Below the pieces are notes generated by a model. That model worked only from the letters and a program-made list of their open reading frames with translations. It was not told where the DNA came from and made no database searches. A program made the translations under genes and the position numbers. Shown piece by piece: positions 21,233 to 31,792 of a stretch of DNA of 64,000 nucleotides; the first letter of the stretch is position 1, and every line of letters begins with the position of its first letter. Source of the DNA: a virus (Duplodnaviria; Caudoviricetes); IMG/VR virus record IMGVR_UViG_3300029305_002995, positions 32,001 to 96,000 of that record; one strand, given 5' to 3'.

Positions 21233-21752
21233 TAGAAGATTTTTCGATTGTTAAAGCTATATCAATATTGTTAAATGATTATCAATTAACCTCCCGCTAT
21301 TGGACTGAACCTTAGTTTATCAGCTAAACACAAAAAGGAGAAAAATCAAGCGTGTAAAGGTATCTTACTTTACACCGAAAAATCCAACGTAAAGTTTACT
21401 TTACATTTTCAAATATACTAATACAGTATACTTTCTCCCAAAAATCACTTTTTCTCCCTCTCAAAAAACCTCTCAAAAAACCTCCTAAAAAACCGCATAA
21501 CTAAGCGAAAAAACAATATTTTTCCATTTTCAAAAACGCTTAAAAAAAGCCTAAAAATATATGTTTTCTTCTTATATCCCTTATATCCCTTTTTTTCTTC
21601 CTATATCCTCTTCCCTTCTTCCTAATCACATTTCATTATAATTCTATCGTATTCCATTTACTTATATTTTTCCTTCTCCCTCCCTCCTATCCTCCCTTTT
21701 TGTACAAATTGCACAAAATTTCAAAAATCATAAAAAATTGCTCAAAACTCTA

Positions 21753-21781
21753 TTTACATACTGCAATCATTATGTTACAAT
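21753..21781 (+). promoter_or_regulatory. SigA-type promoter of the first early cassette
   Basis: TTTACA-17-TACAAT with extended TG. Similar TTGACW-17-TATAMT/TATTAT promoters start at 23720, 24579, 25475, 26601, 27157, 27787, 28288, 28808, 29671, 30214, 31705, 35420, 35842, 37662. Confidence 0.75.
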
Positions 21782-21868
21782 AAAATCGTACCAAACAGGT
21801 ACAAACAACAAACATTAAGCAAGTAAACAAAACAACAAACAACACAAATCAAAAAGGAGTACAAAACT

Positions 21869-22762
21869 ATGATGAACACTAACACTACTAACATCAATTC
21901 CATCCTCAACACCAACAAATCCAAAAAGCATGCTTGCGGTCATTGTCAGTGTTGCAACAAAGTCACTGACTTCCTCGCACTTCCAATGAAAGACCGTGGC
22001 GGCAGAAACGCATATCTTTGTGAAGAGTGCACTTCTAAAGTCTTTGACTATTGCGACGAAAACAGCTCTATCTACGGCGTTGAAAAAGTCCATCCATACA
22101 CTTTCAGCATTGAGCTTGAAGTATCAGCACACACCGACACGGCAAGCCTTGAACTTTCCCACATTGATTACTTGCCAACTTCTGACTGCACTGTTGAATG
22201 TGAATTCAAAAGCCCAATTTACAACGGTTTTAACGCTCTTTCCAAACACGCCACCCAAACTATCGCCATGTTATTAGATGACAATGAAATTGAAATGGAC
22301 TGGACTTGTGGAACTCATTTCAACGTTGGCGTAAACGGTAAAATCAATGAATACAGTATAGCATACATCGCAAGATACTATCGTGATTTGTTTATTCCAT
22401 TAAGCAACGCCATGAAAGAGCATCCAATTACTACTGAGCGCATCTATGGCAGAAACTTCTCGACATGGGCTGAACCTTGCAACGCATATACTTATCCTTA
22501 TGAACATTGCAACTTTATTAATATTCAGCATACTACCCACATCGAGCATAGACTCTGCAAGTATGTTACTGGCGAACAATACGCTGAATGTATGAGATAC
22601 TGTCGCAAGCTTACCGAGATTATCATCAACAACTTTGTTGACTACCTTACCGTAGAAATCAAAGATACTAACAGATACCCAGACCGTGAAAGTTATCTGA
22701 AACATAAAGCAGAAGTAACTGCAAAAAAACTTGTAAACGAGTTTTTAAAAAGAGCGAGATAG
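21869..22762 (+). CDS. Putative amidoligase (COOH-NH2 ligase family)
   Basis: SIELE, SDCT..EFKSP, TCGTHFN and IEHR motifs. Confidence 0.75.
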   Translation: MMNTNTTNINSILNTNKSKKHACGHCQCCNKVTDFLALPMKDRGGRNAYLCEECTSKVFDYCDENSSIYGVEKVHPYTFSIELEVSAHTDTASLELSHIDYLPTSDCTVECEFKSPIYNGFNALSKHATQTIAMLLDDNEIEMDWTCGTHFNVGVNGKINEYSIAYIARYYRDLFIPLSNAMKEHPITTERIYGRNFSTWAEPCNAYTYPYEHCNFINIQHTTHIEHRLCKYVTGEQYAECMRYCRKLTEIIINNFVDYLTVEIKDTNRYPDRESYLKHKAEVTAKKLVNEFLKRAR

Positions 22763-22911
22763 TAAGGTTATAAGTTAAAAGGGCGAGAGTAAAATCTCGC
22801 CCGATACCTAAAACAAACATTTTCAAAAATAATCAAAAATTACACAAATTTTCAAAAACATCTTAAAATTTTATCAACTTTCAAAAATCACAAAAAAAAG
22901 GAGATAATACC

Positions 22912-23241
22912 ATGAAAAAAATGACTTTGACTGCATCTGATATGAAAAAAATCCTTCTTAAAAAATTAGCAGATGAAAACACATATTTCACTGAATCTGA
23001 TATTCTCTTTTATCAAACTTCGCCGCAACGATATAAAATTATCATTAAAGACTATGAACATATTGTTTTTATCCTTAATATATTTAATGATGAAGAAGAT
23101 GACGCAGAACTCATTGCAGTATGGCGAAAAGATAAAGACCGCACAAATAAAAATTTGATTATCTTAGAAGAACATCACGAAAACAAAGTTATAGAATCTG
23201 TGTTGAAACAACTTGGATATTATATCGGTACACGCTTTTAA
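22912..23241 (+). CDS. Hypothetical early protein
   Basis: AGGAG RBS; followed by a GAGTC hairpin terminator. Confidence 0.7.
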   Translation: MKKMTLTASDMKKILLKKLADENTYFTESDILFYQTSPQRYKIIIKDYEHIVFILNIFNDEEDDAELIAVWRKDKDRTNKNLIILEEHHENKVIESVLKQLGYYIGTRF

Positions 23242-23804
23242 TAGTTTTATAGAGAGTCTGGAAACAGACTCTTTTTTTTATGCTTTTTTCTTTACACAAA
23301 AAAGCTGCATTTTCAAAAACGTTAAGTTTTTGTATTTTTAATGTTTTCAAAAATAGTTGTTTTTGATACTATTTTCAAAAACGCTCAAATATTGTATTGT
23401 TAAAAAATTATCACTTTATCCGAAAATCATAATATAATTACTTAAAAAATCCAAACTGTTACAAAACGACCCTACAATACGATACAATCAATTTTAATCC
23501 TTTTAACCTATAACAATATACACTATACCGCAAAAATGCCTTACAGAAGCTCTCAGACGCTACAAATCAATTTTAATATAATAAGAAAATAAACAGTTAA
23601 ACAAAACAGAAAAATTCTAAACTTGCAACTAACTTACAACTAACTTGCATTTTCAAAAACTAAATTTTATTGCAGAAAATTTTAGAAAATAAATAATCAA
23701 AGAAAATTCAAAAAAACACTTGACAAAACAAATTCAATAAGCTATAATCTAATCAAACAAGAACATAAACAAAACGACAAACAACAAAACAGGAGGAAAC
23801 AAAA

Positions 23805-24086
23805 ATGAAGAAAAACATAATAAAATATACTTGCATTAACTGCAAATATTTTAATGCGTGCGGAGACGAAGAACGCACAGAACCATGCAAAGGAAAAATC
23901 CCCGCAATAATAAAGTACAAACACCACGCAGAACCAGAAACAATAAAAGAATTAAACCTCGAAGCAGTTTACAGAAACAACTCTTTCGCCTATCGTGGAA
24001 TGAGTTATGAAGAATTTGTAAAACTGGAACTTACCAAAATTCAGAAAGATTTAGAAAATGGCGTTTTGCTTTGGTATGAAGCATAA
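23805..24086 (+). CDS. Hypothetical early protein (Cys cluster)
   Basis: Own promoter and AGGAGG RBS. Confidence 0.7.
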   Translation: MKKNIIKYTCINCKYFNACGDEERTEPCKGKIPAIIKYKHHAEPETIKELNLEAVYRNNSFAYRGMSYEEFVKLELTKIQKDLENGVLLWYEA

Positions 24087-24108
24087 ACAACTAACAGGAG
24101 GAAAAACC

Positions 24109-24222
24109 ATGAAGCAGAAAATCAGAAATTTCGTAAACTATATTCTTGTAGAATCCGCTTTTGTAGCTGTCAGCTTGTCAATGATTTTTGTTCTTTTGGA
24201 AAGAACTTGTGCAAGATATTAA
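24109..24222 (+). CDS. 37-aa hydrophobic peptide (not in ORF track)
   Basis: AGGAGG RBS; MKQKIRNFVNYILVESAFVAVSLSMIFVLLERTCARY. Confidence 0.6.
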   Translation: MKQKIRNFVNYILVESAFVAVSLSMIFVLLERTCARY

Positions 24223-24254
24223 AAGAAAGTAAAGTTATAATTTATATATAATTA

Positions 24255-24282
24255 AGGGAGTCGAAAGACTCCCTTTCTTTTA
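24255..24282 (+). terminator. GGGAGTC-GAAA-GACTCCC intrinsic terminator (repeated family)
   Basis: Related hairpins near 23253, 25144, 26427, 27010, 27639 (inverted), 28595, 29570, 31508 (inverted). Confidence 0.8.
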
Positions 24283-24652
24283 TACCCTACACAGAAAAAT
24301 TGTATTTTCAAAAACACTTGATTTTTGATACTATTTTCAAAAACGTTAAGTTTTTGTATTTGTATATTTTTAGATATGGAATTTTTCTGCTTAAACCTTA
24401 AATTTCAAATTTACAACAAAATTGAATTTTTGAAAACTGGAACAACTTGTATCTGGAATTATCTGAACATCTGGAACAATTTTTGACGATATTCAAAAAT
24501 ATTAAATTTTTGATGACGTTTTCAAAAACACTAATCTATTGCAGAAAATAATTATTTTAATAAAATTTAATTCACCTATTGACATAATGCAATCATTACA
24601 CTATAATATAATTAAAGACAAAACAAACAACGACCCACAGGAGGAAAAACAA

Positions 24653-24904
24653 ATGGAGAAAATAAACCTTGCTCATGTAGTAGAAAAATTCTTAATGGAG
24701 AAAAAATGCCACTTTGATGATATTTATCAAGGCTTTGCAGATTGCCTTGTATGTATTAAAATTACTGGTGACTGGAAGCATGACCATTTAAGAACTAAAA
24801 TCTTACTCGAAGAAAACTTTAATGTACTTTTACATAAAGAAGATGCAGAACCATCTGAAGAAGATTTTTATACCGCAGTGCATACTTTTATGATTAAAGA
24901 TTGA
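24653..24904 (+). CDS. Hypothetical early protein (start corrected to MEKINL)
   Basis: The promoter lies inside the longer ORF call; AGGAGG RBS precedes 24653. Confidence 0.7.
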   Translation: MEKINLAHVVEKFLMEKKCHFDDIYQGFADCLVCIKITGDWKHDHLRTKILLEENFNVLLHKEDAEPSEEDFYTAVHTFMIKD

Positions 24905-24915
24905 GAGGAAGAATA

Positions 24916-25134
24916 ATGATGTTTCCATATAAAAATTACAAAGTGGAATTTTCCTATTATTCCGAAACCAAAAAGAAAAGAATAACGGAGTCAGAATATT
25001 ACGGATGCGAATACAGCGCGCAAAATGCTGTCAATCGTTGTAGAGTTGACTATCAAAATTATAAAGATTTAAGGATTGAATCAGTTTATTTTGAAAATTA
25101 TACTGCATGGGAATTTACAGATGCTTGGGAATAA
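24916..25134 (+). CDS. Hypothetical early protein
   Basis: GAGG RBS; terminator follows. Confidence 0.65.
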   Translation: MMFPYKNYKVEFSYYSETKKKRITESEYYGCEYSAQNAVNRCRVDYQNYKDLRIESVYFENYTAWEFTDAWE

Positions 25135-25557
25135 ATAAAAATCAGAGAGTCAGAAATGACTCTCTTTTTTATTGCGATTTTACTTTTACAACTAACCAGC
25201 GTTTTCAAAAATTCAAAGAAATTGTAATAATCAAGATAAAACAAATTAAGTCAATTTTTGAAAACACAATACTTTTGTGCGGCTTGTTTCTGTATATATT
25301 TGTTTTTGAACATGGAATTTTTTTATTTTATTACAATTTAACTTAATTTTCAAAAATACTACTTTCCTGTCAACAGCTGTATGATAATAATATGACAACA
25401 AAAAATCAACATTTCTAAAAACATTTTTCTTTTGTCTAAGAAAATAAATATAAAAATAAATTTTCAATAACTACTTGACATAATAATATTATTATGTTAT
25501 AATCAAATCAGAAAATAAACAACACAACAAACAATATAAAACAAAGGAGTTAAAACT

Positions 25558-26415
25558 ATGACAAAAGAAAAATTCAATATCTATGAAGAAATTACAAACA
25601 GAATTATTAAACAGCTTGAAGCAGGAACTATTCCATGGCACAAACCATGGTCTGGAGTAGCTACTGGAGCATTTAACAGAGTTTCCAAAAAACCTTATAG
25701 CCTGTTGAATCAAATGCTTTTACAGCACGAGGGAGAATATGCTACTTTCAAACAGTGGAGCGCACTTGGCGGCAAAATCAAAAAAGGCGAAAAATCCGAA
25801 ATTGTTGTTTTCTGGAAAATCCTTGAATCTGAAAAAGTAAATGATAAAGGCGAAAAGGAGAAACAGATTATTCCTATGCTTAGATATTATAGCGTTTTTC
25901 ATATCTCACAAATTGAAGGCGTAGAACCTATCTCAAAACCACAGGTACAGCACGAACCAATTAAAGAAGGCGAAGAAATTAAAAACAATTATAAAGCAAG
26001 AGAAAATTTGACTATTAACGAAATCGTGACAAATAGAGCCTTTTACAACCCATCTGGTGACTATATCGAAGTACCATGCAAAGAGCAGTATTCAGATATT
26101 GCAGAATTTTACAGCACATTATTCCATGAGATGACTCACAGCACAGGACACAAAGACAGGTTAAACAGATTAGATAAAACCGCACGCTTTGGGAATAATG
26201 AATATAGTAAAGAGGAACTTGTAGCTGAAATCGGAGCTTGTAGCTTAATCAATATGATTGGCTTGGAATCTCCAAAAACTTTTAATAATAGTGCTTCATA
26301 TATCCAGAGTTGGCTCAAAGTATTGAAAGATGATAGTAAATTCATTGTATCTGCAAGTAGTAAAGCAGAAAAAGCGGTTAAATATATCTTAGGTGAACAG
26401 CTTGTAACAGAATAA
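25558..26415 (+). CDS. ardC: ArdC-like ssDNA-binding antirestriction protein with zincin-like domain
   Basis: IPWHKPW, Y..LN, ATFKQW, KKGEK, HEMTHSTGH, YSKEELVAE, YIQSW motifs. Confidence 0.9.
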   Translation: MTKEKFNIYEEITNRIIKQLEAGTIPWHKPWSGVATGAFNRVSKKPYSLLNQMLLQHEGEYATFKQWSALGGKIKKGEKSEIVVFWKILESEKVNDKGEKEKQIIPMLRYYSVFHISQIEGVEPISKPQVQHEPIKEGEEIKNNYKARENLTINEIVTNRAFYNPSGDYIEVPCKEQYSDIAEFYSTLFHEMTHSTGHKDRLNRLDKTARFGNNEYSKEELVAEIGACSLINMIGLESPKTFNNSASYIQSWLKVLKDDSKFIVSASSKAEKAVKYILGEQLVTE

Positions 26416-26668
26416 AAAAATATACTGAGGACTCGAAAGAGTCCTCTTTTTTTGCTATTACACAAAATCAGTATTTTTAGAAACGATGATTTTTTGCATT
26501 TTTTCTTATCACAAGAAAAGTCAATTTTTGAAAATCCTATCAAATTGCAATATACCATTTTTTGAGAAAATAATTATTTTAATAACTCTTATATTTTGTA
26601 TTGACTCTTGAAAAACATAGTGCTATAATATAGTTAAGGATAAAAAATAAATTATAGGAGGTTTATTT

Positions 26669-26995
26669 ATGAATAACGAGCAGAAAATTATGAGTATACT
26701 TGATTTAATTATGGAACGCCTTGATAAAATAGAAAGTAGATTTGATAATCTGGAAAATAGATTTGATAGATTTGAAATTGACGTAAACAAGCGTTTTAAT
26801 GACCTTGAGTCTAACATGGACAAACAATTTGCAGAGGTTAAACGATGTTTAGCAGATGTCGCAGAAGGAATCAACGCTACTATTTTACATTCAGCACAAG
26901 ATACACAAGTATTAAATAAACGAATTGACGAAATAGAAAAAATTGCAATTATCGCATTAAAAGAAGCAAGCCTCGCAAAATATAGGAATATCTAA
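26669..26995 (+). CDS. Coiled-coil heptad-repeat protein
   Basis: RLDKIESRFDNLENRFDRFE repeats; own promoter and terminator. Confidence 0.7.
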   Translation: MNNEQKIMSILDLIMERLDKIESRFDNLENRFDRFEIDVNKRFNDLESNMDKQFAEVKRCLADVAEGINATILHSAQDTQVLNKRIDEIEKIAIIALKEASLAKYRNI

Positions 26996-27241
26996 AATAC
27001 ACATTAAAAAGAGTCTGGAAACAGGCTCTTTTTTTATACGCTTTTTATCTTTACAAGTTATTAAGATTTTTGAAAATGGAATTTTTTCGCTTTCAAAAAT
27101 AGAATGTATTCAAAAACATCTGGAAAATAAATATTAAAATAAATTGGATTTTACTATTGACATACTACAATAGTTATGTTATTATATACTCAAACAAGGA
27201 CATAAACAAAACGACAAACAACAAAATAGGAGGAAAACAAA

Positions 27242-27631
27242 ATGAAAATCAATGTAATGACTCTTACCAATGGCGAACTTAAAAAAATTGAAATCGAAAA
27301 CAATTTATCCAGTTTACAGAATCTCGTAGGCGGTTATATTGAAATCCCTTGCTTGTCTGAAAGATTGACCGCTCAAAAAATTATCACCATTATCAATGAA
27401 GAAGGAAAATTTTTAGATTTGACTCCCGAAATTGCTTGTGTTTATGATGGTAAACTCCATGATATAGTTTTTGGTACGGTTATCTTTGCAAGTACAGACT
27501 ATGAAGGAAATACACTGGGACTTAATACAGAACAGATGGAATATATCAAAAATGAACTTAGAAATGATGCTATTGTTCATTTAAGAAACAGAAATAAAAC
27601 GTATATGCTGAAAGTATTACAGTTTGAATAA
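27242..27631 (+). CDS. DUF3846-like protein
   Basis: LQNLVGGYIE, NEEGK and G.V motifs. Confidence 0.75.
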   Translation: MKINVMTLTNGELKKIEIENNLSSLQNLVGGYIEIPCLSERLTAQKIITIINEEGKFLDLTPEIACVYDGKLHDIVFGTVIFASTDYEGNTLGLNTEQMEYIKNELRNDAIVHLRNRNKTYMLKVLQFE

Positions 27632-27820
27632 AAAAATTAGGGAGTCTTTCGACTCCCTTTTTTTATTTACAATTTTACAGATTATTTGTATTTTTGAAAA
27701 CAGAAACTTTTTGCTTTTATTTTAATTAATATCAAAATAATAGTATTTTTGAAAATAGACATAATTTGTAAATTTCCCTCACCTGCTTGACAACGTGACT
27801 TTTAGTTGATATAATTAAAA

Positions 27821-27950
27821 TACAAAGACAGCATTTAATTCCTTTTGATTTGTGCTAATGTTGTTTGTTGTTGTTATTTTCTTCAAATTAAAAGCTATTT
27901 CTTTTCCTGTTGTCTTTGTATTTGGCGGTGCTTACGGCATCGCCTTTTTT
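27821..27950 (+). ncRNA. Candidate trans-acting antisense sRNA occupying its own cassette
   Basis: TTGACA-17-TATAAT promoter (27787-27815), no ORF. Stem 27821-27833/27908-27920 closes a U-rich loop complementary to early-gene leaders. GC-rich terminator at 27924-27950. Confidence 0.75.
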
Positions 27951-28379
27951 ATTACAATGTTTTACAAGCCGTCTAAAAGCCTTTATAAAGCGTTTTAATA
28001 CACGTATAGTAACTTAATCAATAAATAATACAAAATAGATTTTAGACATATTACAGAAGCGGAAAAATGATTTTAGACTATATGATATATTCAAATATGA
28101 TAATTAGAATAAAATCCAACTTCAATCAGATTAAAACAAGATAGCAGCGTTTTTGAAAAAGCAAAGAATTTGTATTTTAACAAAAACAAAAAACTTGAAT
28201 TTTTGAAAACACTATTTTATTGCAAATAAGATTAGATAATTAGATGATAAGCAAAGAAATGAATTTTAATTTATTTGATAAAACTACTTGACATATTGCA
28301 TTTAATATGCTATAATGTAGATGGTAGATAAGCTACTAACAACAAACAAAACATAAAAGCACAAAAGGAGAAATGAATT

Positions 28380-28583
28380 ATGAAAATCAATGTAGGTTAC
28401 AAAAAGAATGAATGGTTAGCTGTATATGTTACTGCTGATGGCGAAAGAGAATTTGCAATTTGCAATACATATGAAGAAGCGGAAAAAGAAATTAACCGTT
28501 TAAGAAATTGTGGTATTTGTATTATTGGAACTATGACAACAAGATTTTATAATCATTATGTAGAGGAAATTATTGATAAATAA
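28380..28583 (+). CDS. Hypothetical early protein
   Basis: Complete promoter-leader-gene-terminator cassette. Confidence 0.7.
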   Translation: MKINVGYKKNEWLAVYVTADGEREFAICNTYEEAEKEINRLRNCGICIIGTMTTRFYNHYVEEIIDK

Positions 28584-28895
28584 CAAATCAAATCAAGGGA
28601 GTCGAAAGACTCCCTTTCTTATTTGCGCTACTGGACAATTTATTAGTATTTTTGAAAACGTCACTTCCCTGCTCTAATTTCAGAATAGCAATAAAATTCC
28701 GTTTTTAACAATACAATTTTTTTGCTTGGAACAAAATAATATAATATTTGAAAACACTTTTCTTTTGTCTAAGATAGTAAATATAAAAATAATTTTTATA
28801 AAACTACTTGACATACTTTAATTATTATGCTATACTCTAATCATAGAAAATAAACACACAAACAAACCACAAATCAATTAAAAGGAGAAGAAATT

Positions 28896-29564
28896 ATGAT
28901 TAGTAGTGAAAAGATTCTTGAAATGCTGAATAATGGCAACTATGAAGAACTAAAAGAACTTTGTAAACGTGATATGGTGTCTAAAAGCTTAAAAGCAAAT
29001 GGCGGCACAAATGCAAACAAACAGCTTAAAGCGTTTGAAAAATTTTTGAAACTATCACAGAAACAGCCCAAAGAATTAGAACGTATCGTTCATTTTGATA
29101 TGGTAAAAGGCGACGAAGCAAAAGCATTGTGCAAAGAAGGTCTTTCCGCTTTGTTTATTATTCCTTCTTGTCCATTTTATAAAAATATCGAGAGTGTTCC
29201 AATGACTGGACAGGCAAAGCTCGGTAGTATTGCAGATTCAATGAATACAAAATTTGATTTTACTATTGAAAATGCAGTTATTGATTTTGCTATGAAATAC
29301 GCAAAAACAAATACTGCGGACAAACGTTTTAGAAACTTATATCTTCCAAACGGTGCTTTGTTCGACATTGAACTTATCAAAGAAGTTGTAAACGTTCTCG
29401 GAGATTGTGAAGTGTATGGAGTTGATAACGGAAACAGAACTTTAATTAGTCCAATCCTTTTACAATCTAATAATGGATATGCTCTTGTTTGTCCTCGAAA
29501 AAATACAGAGCAGGACAAAGAAAAATGTAAAACCTATGATGATTATAAAAACATGATGGAATAA
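28896..29564 (+). CDS. Hypothetical early protein
   Basis: Complete cassette. Confidence 0.75.
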   Translation: MISSEKILEMLNNGNYEELKELCKRDMVSKSLKANGGTNANKQLKAFEKFLKLSQKQPKELERIVHFDMVKGDEAKALCKEGLSALFIIPSCPFYKNIESVPMTGQAKLGSIADSMNTKFDFTIENAVIDFAMKYAKTNTADKRFRNLYLPNGALFDIELIKEVVNVLGDCEVYGVDNGNRTLISPILLQSNNGYALVCPRKNTEQDKEKCKTYDDYKNMME

Positions 29565-29772
29565 AAAGTGGGAGTCTGGTAACAGACTCCCTTATTTAAC
29601 ATTAAACAAAATATTAGTGTTTTCAAAAACATTAAGAAAATAATAATTTCGATAAAACAGTAAAAAATATTTGACAAACTGGAAAAATTATGTTATAATA
29701 CAAATGCAATAAGGAAGTAAACACAACAACAAACTATACTTATTGCAAAATACGAAAGGAGGTACTTGCTTT

Positions 29773-29946
29773 ATGGTTAAAATCGTGCAAAAACAAGATG
29801 GTTATTATATCCTCGAAGCACAAATTGATGGCTTAACTATCGTTAAAGGCTTGATGGATGCAGACAAACCATTAGAAAAAATTGCAAAAGAACCTAAAGC
29901 AGATGGATTTTATTTACATATTCCAGACGAAATAATTTGTAAATAA
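29773..29946 (+). CDS. Small hypothetical protein (start corrected to MVKIV)
   Basis: AAAGGAGG RBS. Confidence 0.6.
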   Translation: MVKIVQKQDGYYILEAQIDGLTIVKGLMDADKPLEKIAKEPKADGFYLHIPDEIICK

Positions 29947-30292
29947 ATGAAGTCGGAGGGAATTTATTCTGACTGCCAATACATAATAAATTCCCTCTTG
30001 TACCTTATTCAATCAATGATGTGTAATACAATATGTAAATGCAATTCACGGAATAAATTATAAATAGAACCTTATTTTTTAGAAGAAAATAAAATAGAAG
30101 AAGAAAAGCGAAAAGGATTGATTTTCAAATATCAGTCCTTTTTGTTTTGTACAAAAATATCATGTTTTTGAAAATACATATAATATTATTTAGTAAATAT
30201 ATACACAAACTACTTGACAACATGATTTCAGTATGTTATAATACAGTCAAGAAAATAAACACAAATGCAAACAACATGAAAGGATTGATATT

Positions 30293-30775
30293 ATGTTATA
30301 CTGTGCTTATGGTAGTAATATGAACTTGGAACAAATGGCTTATAGATGCCCTAACTCAAAAATTGTAGGGACTGGACAAATTAAAAATTATCAGTTAGTA
30401 TTTAATATGTGTGCAGATATTATTAAAAGCGACAATGCGGAAAATTTTGTTCCAGTTGTTCTCTGGGAAATCGCAGAAGAAGATTGGGAAAGATTGGATA
30501 TTTACGAAGGTTATCCACATTTCTATACAAAAGAAGTTGTTACAGTATCTTGCGGAAAAAACAATGTAGAAGCTATCGTATATGTTATGATAGACGATAA
30601 CAAAGGTATTGAGCCGCCTATGTATGATTACTTTATGGGTATTTTAGCAGGATATACGGAAAATAATATCAACACAAAACCGCTGTATGATGCTTTGAAA
30701 CATTCACAAGAACATAAAACAGTACATTCTAAATATGTATATGGAAGATTATCTAAGAAACTTAATAGACGATAA
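30293..30775 (+). CDS. Gamma-glutamylcyclotransferase (AIG2-like)
   Basis: YCAYGSNMN..QM..RCP and LDIYEGYP motifs. Confidence 0.88.
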   Translation: MLYCAYGSNMNLEQMAYRCPNSKIVGTGQIKNYQLVFNMCADIIKSDNAENFVPVVLWEIAEEDWERLDIYEGYPHFYTKEVVTVSCGKNNVEAIVYVMIDDNKGIEPPMYDYFMGILAGYTENNINTKPLYDALKHSQEHKTVHSKYVYGRLSKKLNRR

Positions 30776-30789
30776 ATATATATATTTTA

Positions 30790-31062
30790 ATGGAGGAAAA
30801 TAATATGAAAAAATGGTGTCTTATTGACGAAGCAAGAAATATTATGGATTTATTTGTATACGACAACAAAGATTTAGCTATTGCCGATGCAGAGAATTTA
30901 TGGAGTCGTTTGACAAATTCTGATAAAATGCAAAGAACAATGTTTCTTGTAGGTTTATGTAATGTAGAACAAAACGAAGATGGTAAATGGGATTTTGCAG
31001 AAAATAAATATGGGCTTATTGATTGTGATATTTATGAAGTAGCAAAAAATTTTATAGAATAA
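30790..31062 (+). CDS. Hypothetical protein
   Basis: ORF in operon with GGCT. Confidence 0.6.
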   Translation: MEENNMKKWCLIDEARNIMDLFVYDNKDLAIADAENLWSRLTNSDKMQRTMFLVGLCNVEQNEDGKWDFAENKYGLIDCDIYEVAKNFIE

Positions 31063-31091
31063 ATATATTTTGTAATACAAAGGATGATGCG

Positions 31092-31484
31092 ATGAAAAAG
31101 AAAACAATGCAGACATATAAAAATTATGTTTGCCCTAAATGCTTTAATATTCTGACTCAATGTAATTGTGATAAGTTGTCTGATAAACTCATTTATATCG
31201 ATGTAGGTATTCAAGAGCATATTAAAATCCTAAATGCCAAAGGTTATAAAACGCTATTTTGTTGCGAGTCTCATTATGAAAGAAATGATTTGCAATTATA
31301 TATTTCCTTTGCCTATCAGCATTATCATTTAGGCGAACTACCGCATGGTTTTAAACGTTCTGCAGATGGAAGGAATATAGAATATATCTTTAATTCAAAG
31401 CTATCCAGAGACGCTTACAGCCAATGTAAAAACGATGTATTAAAAGAACTATTAGAATGGTGCAAAGCCTTGCCGAATTTATAA
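31092..31484 (+). CDS. Hypothetical protein (LNAKGYKTLFCCESH motif)
   Basis: ORF followed by a GAGTC terminator. Confidence 0.6.
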   Translation: MKKKTMQTYKNYVCPKCFNILTQCNCDKLSDKLIYIDVGIQEHIKILNAKGYKTLFCCESHYERNDLQLYISFAYQHYHLGELPHGFKRSADGRNIEYIFNSKLSRDAYSQCKNDVLKELLEWCKALPNL

Positions 31485-31792
31485 TAAAAACATTAAAGAG
31501 GATTAAAAGGGAGTCTTTCGACTCTCTTTTTTTATTTACAATAAAATAGCATTTTTGAAAACAAATATTTATTGTTATTCCCTACTCTGACAAAATATAA
31601 TTATTTTTGAAAATATAATTAAGCTGCCATAACAGAAAAATCTTATATTTGAAAATGCTAAGAAAATAAATATTAAAATAATCAATTTTTTCTTTCAAAA
31701 ATCCTTGACATAATGAATGTATTGTGTTATACTATAATCAAACAAAGGAAATAAATAAAACAACAAACAATGTATCAAAAGGAGAATGAATT

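Noticed and set aside
23309-23385. CodY boxes as the explanation of the TTTTCAAAAA motif
   Set aside because: The motif is one base shorter in the centre than AATTTTCWGAAAATT and consistently lacks the G; not fully excluded
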